A stretch of 64,000 bases of DNA from Haliotis rufescens. Taxonomy: Eukaryota. Location of the stretch: assembly GCF_023055435.1 (NCBI RefSeq), contig NW_025963913.1:4836001-4900000 (forward strand), in the 5' to 3' direction. Below are positions 40,901 through 53,225 of this stretch, piece after piece (the first letter of the stretch is position 1; each line of letters starts with the position of its first letter). The position numbers and the translations under genes are program-made. A model generated the notes under the pieces. That model saw only the letters and a list, made by a program, of their open reading frames with translations, did not search any database and was not told the DNA's origin.

Positions 40901-43900
40901 ATTGCTTAGAATAAACTATCATTATCCGCGAATGACTTCTTTCTATGTCATGATTGTATTATGATACATATCATATAATTACTATCATGGTCTATTTCTG
41001 GCTTCCAAGCATCACATCAACCAGTCATGATTAGACATTTTGCTTGGATTACTCCAAAATAGGGTTGAACTGAGCCCAAATTCTACATATCCTGACATAC
41101 CATTCATGACACATCAAGATACACTGTTTGGCAAAAACAGAATTGATATCTTCCAATTTAAACAGAAAGGGAACTCAGCAGGCTTGCTTCCAAATAATTA
41201 TAGATCTGCAAATGAGGCTGAATATGCATCTTGTTATTATATTGATATAGATTATTTTTTATTTGCACTGTAGGCCATCTGCCCATTGTATTTAGATAGT
41301 CAAGTCCATGGACATTAACGAGCTTCTGATATTCATGACATGGAATATATATACTGAGAGGTTTTTCATGGTTTCAACATGGCATCATGACAACAATATG
41401 TTAAATTTATGTAATGTAGGATGGACATAATATTTTCACGGAATATATTTGTTTCTAAGAAAGTTATCATATTATATAAGACTCAAAAGGAAATACCACA
41501 TAAGGACACCCCTTAAAACTTCTACAAGCCCCCAGGATGCCTTTAACATTAAACAAGCTAACTTATCCCTACCATTAATACTACATCTGTGTTCCAATCT
41601 GATGTCGCTATCAAGTTGCTCTGGCATGCAAACAACACTGTGATCATAAAATAAATTGCCCAATAATCCTAACATTTTTAGAAACAAATGATATTTAGGC
41701 TGTTCTACTTTTACTCAGCTGGCCATGCGGTGTTGACATTGGTGAAGGTGACAGAGGATAACACTGAGTTATGAACATGACATATGAGTCTTTGTGACAC
41801 ATTACAATGATTTATCAAGGAAGAGAATTTATGGCTGTCAACTTCTTGACAACAATTTCAACTGATGAAGGAGTAAGTTTAAACTCCGAAACATTGTGTT
41901 CCCCAAAACAAAGAAATCGATATCCATAAATTCTCTTCCTTCTGTGTATCACTTCTAAATGCCTTTCAAAGACTTAATGATTAATCATATGCATGTATTC
42001 TGACACAGCGAGGACATTTCTTCACCAACACTCACCCAGATTATCAAGAAGCAAAGAATGTTAAGTGGGAGTTATTATAGCCGTGTCAGAAACAGCTCAG
42101 CCCTTCAGCTTTTACTGCATGGTAACACTAAACAGCGGTAGCATTTCTGTTAGAAAGCTGCTTTCAGCATGTTCAGAATGTTTTTTTCTTTAATTTATTT
42201 TGGTTTATTGCCTTCTTTTAAGATAACCCATTTCTTGTTTTATGTATAATTAGTTGGTCTAGATTTATTATCCAACCCTAAGTTTAAAGTACTGAATTTT
42301 AAAAATATTTTTTTGTAGCTGGCTGCATCTTGGCATACTGGTTCCGAAAATATGAAAAGAAAGAATGTTGCTCAAAAGTATTACTGCCTAGTCCTACCTA
42401 CTTAATTAATGAGCATCTCCCAACGGTGAGCAGAGTAAGATACTCCAACTTGTTAGGTGATACAGATGAACCAGATTATGATTGTGTTTGTAAGTTGTGT
42501 TTGATTTGTGCCCAGTTGCTTGTGTTCTATAAACGAATCTTTGGAGAAGTTTTTTCATTGATATAGAACATGGTACTCAGTGTATGTAATAAGATTGTTT
42601 GACCTTTAAAAGAATATATTTTGCATTCCTATCAAGTGACTTAAATGCTAGAAAGAATAAGATTACATTAAAAAGATTAACTTATCCATAACATGGACAG
42701 AACGGAACAGAAGTTGATTCAAAACAAAAACTTTGGCAACAAGCCACTCGTCTTACAATTTACAGATACATGGCAGAGGGAGTATTATCTTCACTTGGGT
42801 TTTGCCAGTAATATTCAGTAATATATTTAACTATATAATTGTTAAACTTTGGACATATCAATAAGAAATTATACTCATCCTTGATAACATCAATGTTGGA
42901 TTGTTTCCAAAATTCGCACCATCTACAATCTCAATATCATGTAAACACTTTAACACCCCAAACTATACACCTTTTAACACATTGTTGAAGTGAACAAAAT
43001 ACATTATTGACAACATGTCTTTGGCGTAAAATTACTCCACTTCATATTTGAATACAAAAACATTCATGGCCTTTAGAACTTTACCCGCTAACACATTATG
43101 GCCTTCAGAAAAGTAACAAATTCACCTACCACTTCTAGCTCTTTACCATTTACAAACCACTTTTCCCTATTATGTAAGAAACCTCTTTTACAAAAAAAAC
43201 CATCCTTTGCGTATAATCCCACATGTAGTACATGTATGCTCGTGTGAAACAGTCTCCCACATCAGCACCCAACCTCTTCAGATTTGTGGAACTGGTATAA
43301 GGGATTGTGAAGTCAGAAGGTGCTAAGCTGACCCAGTTAGACTTTAGTGCTGCTCCCCCAAATTAGAACAGTGTACAGAGAGTGAGTGAGTGAGTGAGTT
43401 GGGTTTAACGCCGCTGTTAACAGTATTCCAGTTATATCACGGCGTGTCAGCTTAATGTGGGAGGAAAGCCCGAAGTGATGCAGGTCTCAGACGTTTACCA
43501 CTTCGGTGAAACCCACGAGCACGGGTACGGTGCTAACAAACCTAGAAACATAATTGGGGCGAACCGGGATTCGAACCCACAATCATAGGTTTCTGGCGTG
43601 CCCAAGGGACGCAACTCTGCATAGCGAATCGCGGCGCCTTAGACGACTGGGCCACTCGTGCCCCCGTGTACAGAGAGTCGGAGGGAGTCTGCTGCATCTG
43701 ACGGAGCAGACGGGCAGAAGACTTCTTGAATTTTTGGACAATGGACATTTGCGAAAGCTAGGTTGAGCAATAATATTTAGTTCCCTGTCATTTGTGAAGG
43801 GATGTTCACTTTACACAAAGGTAAACAGGTAACAATTACCAGTGCACTCAACCTTACCCAATCCCAGTTTAAACAATTTGGAGGTGACCCTGACATCTAC

Positions 43901-44722
43901 CTGCCTAATGTACAAGTACAGGGGCATAGCCTAGGTCACCTTACAGCCATGTTCACACACTACCTGGCTGGTCTGTTACGATTGGACCTTTACAATACGT
44001 TAACTAGCTACGAATTCCATAGTCTAGAATGCTAGAGCACGTAACTGTGATTTTATTTATTAGAGTATGCTAGCATTACCCGTGTACTTGTAGATCTAGT
44101 GTAACCATAGAGTTCGAGATAATTGTAATCATTATATCTTGTGACTAACCACGGGTCCGGGTAGTCTGGTGGGCACCCGGGTCCTACTCAGTAACCAACC
44201 GACCCGAGTACCCTAGTTACCCGCCCCAGCCTTTGTGCATTAGGCCACAGGACCATGTAACTAACAAACGAGCTAACAGGTTATATCAGTTTATAAGTAG
44301 ACCTAGTCCCCATAGCAAAGGCAAAGATCCGCGAGCACAAGATAGGGACAAATACTGACGCGGCCAATATCCGCACAGCGACGGCAGTGAGTACTAACCC
44401 AGTAGGCCTTGTGGGTCGTATAGAATCACAAGCAATGATCAAACATCACCTTGTTGACAATATCTTGACTAAACATGACTACTCCGAAGCATGCATTCCA
44501 TTTAACAATGTTCATTTATATTGATAAGGTAGCCTAGTTTCAAAGTACCATTTTCGACACCAAAACAACTGGTTGTGTATGTGTGGAAGATCGGTGATCC
44601 TTCGATTTGACCCGGGAGCCTAAGAAACACCTTTTCCAGCAATCGTGAGAAATATACTTACAATTAAAAGCAGCCTGGGCGATATCGCTGCCATCAACGG
44701 CGACACCTAAAACTTTAGCCAT
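37977..44722 (-). CDS. Universal stress protein A-like (USP domain), 4 coding exons, 148 aa
   Basis: Exons (minus) 44722-44662, 39776-39696, 39038-38935, 38177-37977; sum 447 nt. [73 protein letters not shown], with the G-x2-G-x9-GS ATP-binding motif. Confidence 0.93.
38421..38582 (-). mobile_element. tRNA-derived SINE family C
   Basis: Minus head GGGTAGCCTAGTGGTTAAAGCG...GGGTTCGATTCC; 13-bp TSD TCCTAGTCTAGTA (38408-38420, 38583-38595). Confidence 0.9.
40077..40801. mobile_element. hAT-like MITE with GATAC subterminal repeats, interrupted by a SINE
   Basis: Termini TTGTGGTGGGACAATAC / GTATCGTCCCAGCCCTA; TACACAT on both flanks. Confidence 0.5.
40340..40696 (-). mobile_element. tRNA-derived SINE family B, full length
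   Basis: A box TGGTCTAGTGG, B box GGTTCGACCC; perfect 15-bp TSD CACCATAAATCAGAG (40325-40339, 40697-40711). Confidence 0.93.
41818..41975 (+). mobile_element. 158-bp Penelope-like mini-insertion with inverted repeat and hammerhead motif
   Basis: TSD AATGATTTATCA / AATGATTAATCA; 5' arm AGGAAGAGAATTTATGG is an inverted copy of CCATAAATTCTCTTCCT; HHR CTGATGA-A-GGAGT-8nt-ACTCC-GAAACATT at 41862-41895. Confidence 0.75.
43384..43665 (-). mobile_element. tRNA-derived SINE family A, full length
   Basis: A box TGGCCCAGTCG, B box GGTTCGAATCC; perfect 13-bp TSD GTGTACAGAGAGT (43371-43383, 43666-43678). Confidence 0.93.
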
Positions 44723-46929
44723 TTTCAGAAGTGGGAAAAGTGTAAAATAACTCCAGAAATTAACACAAGCCTCGTCTATCGTCTGACGCTATGTACAATG
44801 GCGAACCCAGTAAATTGACCTTTCTATGTAAAACAGGTGGGTCAAGGTCATAGTGACTTTGGTTGGAGATTTTCTTTCTGTAATTTCGCTTTATCACTGC
44901 AAATTGAATATTCTCAAATCTAAAATGTCCATCAGTAGGGCAGATTTAGATGTCCCTTCTTCGGGCAGGAAATGATACTATACAAGGAGAATATTGTAAT
45001 TTCTTTTTAGAAAATTATAATTATACTACTTTAACAATATGCGCTAAATCGCTAAGGTAAGGAACAACGTAATTTTGGTTAAAAAGAACTCGTATATCTT
45101 TGGCTATTTGAATATTTTTTTCTCATACGTATCCTGGGGAGTGGTCATGGATAAATTAGCAAGTGGTTTTACTGTTAAAAATCCAATGTATATGGGTTTC
45201 ACAACAGTAGTGTGATAAATTGTCACGAGCACAATCTATAGGCACTAGCCAGTTTATCGCACAACACACCCTTTTGATTTTTTGCTACTAACCGAATGTT
45301 TTCGTATTTTGATAAAGAAATATTGCGTCTGTGTATCTGGGATAGTATAACCATAAACGTATTTTTGGACAGATTTAAGGTGGTGCCATATGGTGTTCGA
45401 CACCCCCTTTTGGACAATCACAGTCTGACCCCAATAACTAACATAAACATAACAAAATATTATTACCTTTTCAATATTGAAATAAACAAGTACCTTGTTT
45501 CCATCAGTATATATATACAAAATCAACACATGTCAGATTCAAAATATTGAGATGTGAGATGTGTTCCCGTGCATTGTTTCCATTGTATTTGATAGACAAG
45601 GCTGGGAACCCATGATAGCATATCATGTTACTGTGTCTAAAACTGAGTGTTCCCTCATTCATTTTCATCAGTATATATATACAGTGAATCAGACAGATAA
45701 TGTGTAACCGATTGTGTCGCCAGATGGTTGTACACGTTAAACATACAAAACCTGTATGCAGCACATGCCACGACACGATTTCTGCCATGTACTTACATGC
45801 CAACAATAACATTGATCCGTATATTCAATATCACCGTGGTTACCAAAAAATATACGTATATGTCACGTGACAATACATTTACAAATAATTATTCTTTCCT
45901 GTCACAATGGCAGCTGACACGCTATTATATATCACTGAAACATTCTGATCAAATGAGTGTGTGAATGTTGTTTTACGCCATGCAGTGTGTATTCTACGCA
46001 GCTATATATTACGACTGCGTTTTTTCGTTAATAGCGGAGGTCATGCAGTTCAAACCAGCGCGGATGATAGCAACAACAAGGCGTTATATATACACGGGTA
46101 CACAATAATCCATGTATAGGTCTCATGTCGAAACATCTCCAAGTCTATAGTAATAGATGAGGCTCGTAGTTAAACGATCAAAAGATTACAAGTCTTCTCA
46201 CGTATATCTATTGATATATTGTACACACACACACACATGCACGCACGCGCGCGCATGCGCACACACACCTTGTCACGATGAGAGGGAAGACATGACATGG
46301 TCGCATTAAACGCAATGAGTTGGTTTAAGCGTACATATAGATCTGCCAGCCTATTTCGTCCCTTCAATTTACGTGGGACGTTCTAGCTTGATTTGTGAAT
46401 GCAGGCATGTTTGCTTGAAGTCGTTTTTTGAAAATGTGATTTACATACTAGGTGAAAGTTTTACTATTAAGATACTCCCAATTACCATATGACCTTGTAC
46501 TAGCAAAAACATTATAAAATAAAATGACATGACGGTAATGCCACAGTTTGTCTCAGGAGGCACATGTGATCCAGTCGTCTGAGGCACCCCATTTCGCTGT
46601 GCAGAGTTACGTCCCTTAGGCGTTCCCGAAAACTATGATCTTGGGGTCGACCCGTGGTCGTGGGGAAACGTCCTGCATCAATCATGCTATCACTGACATG
46701 CTGTTGAAAGCGGCGCTAAATCAAACACACTCGTGACTTGTGTACAGGAACTGAACAGCCATTACTCTACATCACTGAATGTCTGGTGGGGGTAGTAATA
46801 ACCGGACAGTGTAGCTACGTTTTAGCAGATATAAACACGCATGTATAAAACCACAGGAATTCGTAGCTGTATAAAAACAACTTTCCCAAACTTCACTTAT
46901 TCTACGAAACATATAAAACAAATAAATAT

Positions 46930-47690
46930 TGAAGAGAAGTTATGGATGTCAACTTCTTTATATGAAGAACACAACGTTTCGGAGTATATGCTTATTCCTT
47001 CATCTGGTGAATAAATGCTATGAGGCAGCGAACATATATATGTACCTGTAAGAACAACAATCAGTCAACAGTTATTTGGCACTGATAGGTGATCAGCAAT
47101 GGACAAATGGAAGCCAACACTTAACAGTAAATTAGCGCTGCATGATGGTTGCTAGCGATGGTCAGCTGGAAGCCAGGACTTAAATTATCACTGATTGGAC
47201 ACTGGGCAAACGGGAGGCTGGAGGTAATTAGCACTGATGGGTAATAGAACGGAAGTAGCAATGGACAGATTAGCACCCACAATGATCAAAGCAATAAAAC
47301 CCTTACACGGGGCAGATAGGTTCCTGTGTGTCGTACAAAACAACCTTAGCGCTACGACTGTCGTAAATCTATGTTTAGGTATGGGACTTACGATCACCTT
47401 AGCGCTAAGATCGCTTTGTACAACGACACACAGGTCACGATTCAAGGCTGATAGGACTTTTGTCTCCTGAATTCAATGGTTTCTTGTAGTTTTCTTTGTC
47501 GCCATGCAGCTTTTAATGGTAGACATGACTTTTGTGGCTTCCAACATGATGTTATGGTCTTGGTTCTTGAGGAAGTGTTTGGAAATAGTGGATTTCAGGT
47601 CTCGTTTGTTAACAGTGGTCTGGTGTTCTTTGAATCTGGTGTTGATGTGTCTAAGGGTTTCTCCCATGTATTTGTGTATCAACGTATTCA
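46930..47690 (-). mobile_element. Penelope-like retroelement 3' fragment (GIY-YIG endonuclease remnant and hammerhead terminus)
   Basis: YMGETLRHINTRFKEH..SKH, continuing after a frameshift as WRQRKLQETIE..LNRD; HHR motif at 46970-47009 followed by AAAGAAGTTGACATCCATAA. Confidence 0.85.
47322..47434. mobile_element. Palindromic MITE family 2 nested in the Penelope-like fragment
   Basis: CCTGTGTGTCGTACAAA...CTTAGCGCTA / CTTAGCGCTAAG...TTTGTACAACGACACACAGG inverted repeat. Confidence 0.8.
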
Positions 47691-47774
47691 GGCAGGACAT
47701 TCATAATAAATATGGGTTTTGAAAATATATATTTGTGTAAAACTACTAGTTCCTATTTGGTAACAGAAGAGGTT

Positions 47775-48003
47775 CTTGTTGTTTAACGCCGCACTCAGCA
47801 ATATTCCAGCTATATGACGCCAGTCTGTAAATAATCGAGTCTGGACCAGACAACCCATTGATTGATATCATGAACTTCGATCTACGCAATTGGGATACGA
47901 TGACATGCATCAACCAATTCAGCGGACCTGACCACCCAATCCCGTTACTACAAGCATAGTCTTGGTGGCTGAAGACCTATTGTAACCCGGGTCTTCATGG
48001 GAC
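47775..48003 (-). mobile_element. SINE-like family D
   Basis: Reverse complement of 8912-9146; head CCCATGAAGACCCGGGTTACAATAGGTCTTCAGC. Confidence 0.85.
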
Positions 48004-48400
48004 TGAAGTATAAGGGCACTCTTGAAATTTTAGAGCCCACTGGAAATATTTGAATACAAAACTAATAAAATGAGATGGGGTCGACATTGTTAGGCGTTGT
48101 GTATTCAGAGTTGTACATAGTTAAAACGATAAAATAATGAAATCCATGATTGGTATTCAATGTAGTCAGCTAATGCAAGTATCTCTAATTAATTGAATGA
48201 GTTTATATTTTTCAAAACGGCAAGTTAGTTACAAAGCCTTGCATGTAAGTTTATTTCACTGGCATATCGTCTCCTTGAACAGTAAACTTTCATACGTATA
48301 TCGTAGAGATACATAGTGTACACGTGAGTGATAAGTATTATAGAAATGAATTACGTTATTTATGTTAAAACAACAATGTTGTATAAATGCCATTGTATAG

Positions 48401-48656
48401 TGTAACGTAGTAGGGAACGCAGAGTCTAGAACTTGCAGTGGATGTGTAGAATAGACATAATATATTAATGTATGTGTGTAGCAGGCTGGAGTCCCGGGGT
48501 GACCGGCCGGTGACCTGATGGGGTCAGCGGTCGCGGATATCTAGCTGCGCCTGGGTTGAGTTGGGCAGTGAGAGTATAGACCACAGAATAAAGTGCTGAA
48601 ATACATTCCCCGTGTGGTCGTATTCTTCAACCATACAATAAGTGGTGGAAGTGCTG
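48401..48656 (+). mobile_element. Probable short LTR with a primer-binding-site-like sequence
   Basis: TGT...ACA ends (48401-48637), internal AATAAA (~48587), followed 5 nt later by TGGTGGAAGTGCTG; no second LTR or pol seen. Confidence 0.4.
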
Positions 48657-49934
48657 AGTAACGATACATATACAAGACGCCCCATTGATTTGGATACCTA
48701 GATGAACCCCAAAGTCACACCATTAATACGTACTTGAAATATTTCCTTGTATTGAAGTAGTGAAATGTCTTTTATTCCTCACATTGACTATTTATTTAGT
48801 TGGGCTCATGTACTGAGGTGTGTGCACGCGCTTCCATAGTTGATTGTTGAAATATATCCAATTGTATATGTGCAGTGAAAGCCTTGAAAGGGTCATCGAT
48901 TGACCAGTTCGATCTTTGCATGGGTGTCGTGGGACAGACCAGGTCACGCCCAGGCCGCTTCTGTAATTGAATTAAGACAATGTAGTTGAACCCCGTGGAT
49001 GGAATATAAATTAATTACATCGGTTGAAATAAATGTGAGCGAATGAGTGATTAAGGGGTTAACACCACTTCAAACAATATTCCTACTTGGCATTACACGA
49101 CCGGTAGAGTTAATACAGTGATTGTAGAAACAAGCGTGTGTACTCATAATTGTGTACATTGATAAATATCTATGATATACGATGGCTGCCTACGTGTTCT
49201 TTCTGATCGACAGCGTGACGCATGGAAACAGCGGAAGCAGTTGGAAGAGTGGTCAAATAACTATTTCCATGAAACAATTACATGTCATCAGACAATTGAT
49301 TTCACCTTATGTATTTCAATACGAGAATGCCACTTTATTCACTGGAAGAACTGTGTTTCGTCCGACAAGTAAGACAGTTCATTTTTTAAAAATGACTATA
49401 TTTTATATGGAAATACATACAATACGTTCTTAACTACGTCCCGTGTGTATATATTGGCCAGTAAAACCTACAGTAAAACAATAGGGAGGTGCGCAAAACA
49501 AAAACATATTTTCCGAAGAGAGGGTGTTTGATAGTAAAGAATACATAAATGGCAATATCTCAATCGGAAATTCGTATTCCTGTGAGCAAAATGCACTCAA
49601 AGACAAGCACTCATAACATCAGAAAGTGGTTGCCGAATTGCATTAATATGTCTTTCATGTCCAATCGCTTCTCGTTATGTCGGAGATTATATTTGCATAT
49701 TGTCGCTCCACTTGTGGAAATGCATGAACACACACATGAACTTCAACCGTGAATATAAGGATTGGGCATGTTAATGTAGTGAGTCGTGAGGAGGTGGAAG
49801 TCCTACAGCTGTCTATATACGTTATTCTAAAGATGATTCTAAAATATACATGCTTTTCGTCGTTTTCACAACCCTTCATACCTTTTTCATGACATCACCG
49901 TAAAAGAAAAGTAGATCGTCACTCTTTCAGAGTG

Positions 49935-50200
49935 GAGTGAGTGAGTGAGTTGGGTTTAACGCCGCTTTTAACAGTATTCCAGTTATATCATGGCGTGTCA
50001 GCTTAATGTGGGAGGAAAGCCCGAAGTGATGCAGGTCTCAGACGTTTACCACTTCGGTGAAACCCACGAGCACGGGTATGATGCTGACAAACCTAGAAAC
50101 ATAATTGGGGCGAACCGGGATTCGAACCCACAGTCATAGGTTTCTGGCGTGCCCAAGTGACGCAACTTTGCACTTAGACGACTGGGCCACCCGTGCCCCC
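49935..50200 (-). mobile_element. tRNA-derived SINE family A
   Basis: Near-identical to 43384-43665. Confidence 0.92.
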
Positions 50201-51186
50201 TTGTCTTATGACATATTCTTTAGACTATTTGATGTAAAGATTAAGCCTCTTTTATTATACGGTGCAGAGCAGATATTTGGGGGCACCATTACATTTGATC
50301 CACTTGAGAAAATTCAGAATTATGCATGTAAAAGATTTCTTGGTTTACCGTCACAAACTCCAAATGCTATGGCTGTGGGAGATTGTGGTAGATATCCGTT
50401 ATATGTTGATTCATTTGTGCAATGTATAAAATATTGTCTCAGATTAATACACATGTCAGATGATAGAATACCAAAAAAGTCGTGTAATATGTTAAAACAC
50501 TTAGATGAATGTGATAGGAGAAATTGGGTAACAAATGTTAGAGAATCTTTATGTTTGATAGGTCTTGGAGAAGTCTGGTTCTCTCAAGGTGTTGGTAATT
50601 TTCATTATTTAATAAGTATGATTAAACTTAGATTAAGAGATATTTTTTTTCAAGAGTGGCAAGCAAAATTAAGAGAATGTACAAGATTCGATAGTTACAG
50701 TAAATACAAATTTTCATTAAATGCTGAACCATATGTGTATTGCCAAACATATTTAATGCATAGAAGATACTTAGCTCTTAAATGTTGGAAGATGGAAATA
50801 TGTTGAAAAAAAGTAAAAGAATCTGTCAGAATTGTAATTTAAATGAGTTAGAGGATGAATTCCACATAATAATGTAAGGACCATGTTTAAATGATTTGAG
50901 AAATCTTTTTGTACCAAAGAAATATTTAAGGAAATGTACATCCAAATGTTTTGTTAATTTAATGAATGATTATGATCCAGCTATAGTAGAAAACTTGCTA
51001 AAATTCTTTAAAGCTTCACATGTGAGGAGAGCATGTTATCATTAATTACTGTACACTCTGTTATCATTGAATATATAAGTATGATAAACCGCCATCACCT
51101 TGATGTATAATTTGTATTTTAGTATACTTTGTATACTTTGTATATGGGCCTGAGGCCTCAAGTACAAATAAAAGATTGATTGATAG
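50201..51186 (+). mobile_element. Non-LTR retrotransposon (LINE) 3' fragment, decayed ORF2 C-terminus
   Basis: FFRLFDVKIKPLLLYGAE..LEKIQNYACKRFLG..GDCGRYPL..RIPK..NWV, then a zinc-knuckle remnant CQNCNLNELEDEFH; 3' GGCCTGAGGCC stem, AATAAA and (GATT)n tail. Confidence 0.88.
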
Positions 51187-53124
51187 TAGATCATAAAATG
51201 GGCGATCTGAAGTTGAATTAATGAAAAAATATATAAAATACAAAATATATAAAGGAATGTGTTACGTCCACCATAACGTTTTAAGAATACCAAATACTAT
51301 ATTTTTGCGTCCCGCGTACCGCACTGATTAGTCCCGAATACCCCCGAATCCCGCGTTCCAAAAGGTGGTTAGCAGCCTCACTGTCTTCCTCTCTTTATTG
51401 CGGTAAACTTTCTGACAAATGGCATTAAAGGGTCTGAATAAAACTAAAACTGATAAAATATTGCGAATTTTAAAAACAATAGACCAAAAGTGACATGTTA
51501 TGCATGCACTTTCTATTTAATTACCCACAAGGCCATATTTCAGTTACCCATATGTTCTAAGACGATTTATAAACTATTACAAATAGAAAAATAAGTTATT
51601 CGGAATGCAGTGTCCGTTTACTAGTTCTACTTTTATACGTTTCACAATTGTTGTAAACTCATATGCTGTTACCTCCCCTACTGAGTTCATTTACACCGTT
51701 GGAACCCCATTGAATAACCGCGGTAGACTATTCAGGGTCTCCCTTTTATTCTTGTGACAAATTTTCAAACACATGTTATGAATTCAGGGTTTCGTTAAAA
51801 ATAAAACTGAACAACTAACAACATAATGGTAATGTGGAAAACATATATATACCAAAACTGAATTGTCACAGGCAACTGTAGACAAAATATGAAATGCATG
51901 AATTTCCTATCCAATTACCCACAAACCCCTATGTGCCCACAGACTTTTCAAGGACCATTCCAAATAGACCGTGGAATAAAAAAAAAATCCAAAGGAAAAT
52001 TAGACCAAGAAAACTTGGCCAAAGAAACAAGAAAGGGATGTGCCTTTTTTCAGTCGGCGGAGAAAGTGCTGATATTCTAAATGTGCTACTATTTACGAGT
52101 TTAATTAACCAATAAAGAATTCCGATCAAATTGAAAGTGTTTTTGACGTCAAAACACAATGATGACACAAGTGGACATAAGCAGGGTGTTTCATCAATCA
52201 AAATGGTATTTGTAATATCAGCTTTGATAGTTGAAAATTTTACTGAATGGTGCAGTAAAAATTATTTCGTTTTATTGTCCAAAAAACAACAACTGAGGAT
52301 TTTAATTAGAGACCATATAAAAGAGAAATCAGTTTAAGACCACATCGTGATAGATGATGTCTTGGTGCCATCGCTGATTTAAACTAGTATGGAATGTTCA
52401 TGTAGAACTTTAAGAAAGAGTTTCAAAAATTCTATTCTACAACTAGTACTTGTTTTATAGGACGTTCTGATAACCATAAACTTCAACTTCAACTGCTGGT
52501 ACGGAATCTATCTGTTCAAAAGCAAAAATATAGTAACTTTTCGACACGAGTGCGTGTGTCACTGTGACAAACAACAAACAGGCACCACCAGAACTCAAAC
52601 CGGTTATTACTAATCTTCTAAACAAAATCCCAACACAAGTTCAGCACCAGCGACGGCATTTATCTGATATCATGTATCTGTAACGTTCGTATTCCTAATG
52701 TTTCGATCTGTACATTTGATAATCCTGAGGCGGAAAAGGAAATGTCCCTCTGGATAACAGCGTTCTGATAACTCTTATCTAATTGTTGTACTAAACACAC
52801 TAAGGTGCGTAAGAGAGAGTAGAAAGGAGGATATGAAGATATATTAACCCAATTAAAACAAATGTCTGTAGGGGTTTACTAGATTTGTCTGATTTAATAA
52901 AGATGCTTACAGTTTTCAGACTGAAACACTAGCTTTCATTTATTTAGAAATTTATTTCATTTATTTAGGTTATTAATAGTCAGTGCCACTCGCACAAATG
53001 TCAAATTTGTCACGTATACATGGCGTCTATTTATGAAAAATATATATCAAAGATATCTTTTAAGACGCCTAGAAGTCCAGCATTTCTATTTGACATTTTG
53101 CTATAATAATGAGGGGGAGATATA

Positions 53125-53225
53125 ATTATCCCCCGCCCCAACGAAGTTGGCGGGGGATATAGAAATGGGTTCCGTCCGTGTGTGCGGGTGTGCGTGTGCG
53201 TGTGCGTGTGCGTGTGTGCGTCCCG
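53125..53225 (+). mobile_element. Helentron/DINE-like element end
   Basis: TATCCCCCGCC...GGCGGGGGATA hairpin followed by (GTGTGC)n microsatellite. Confidence 0.5.

Noticed and set aside
43555-43665. tRNA genes at A/B-box sequences (also ~16900-16987, 38520-38582, 40620-40696)
   Set aside because: They are heads of multi-copy SINEs with bodies, tails and TSDs; no complete cloverleaf.
50105-50806. 233-aa ORF as a host gene
   Set aside because: Chimera of an antisense SINE (first ~32 codons) and a decayed LINE ORF2 fragment.
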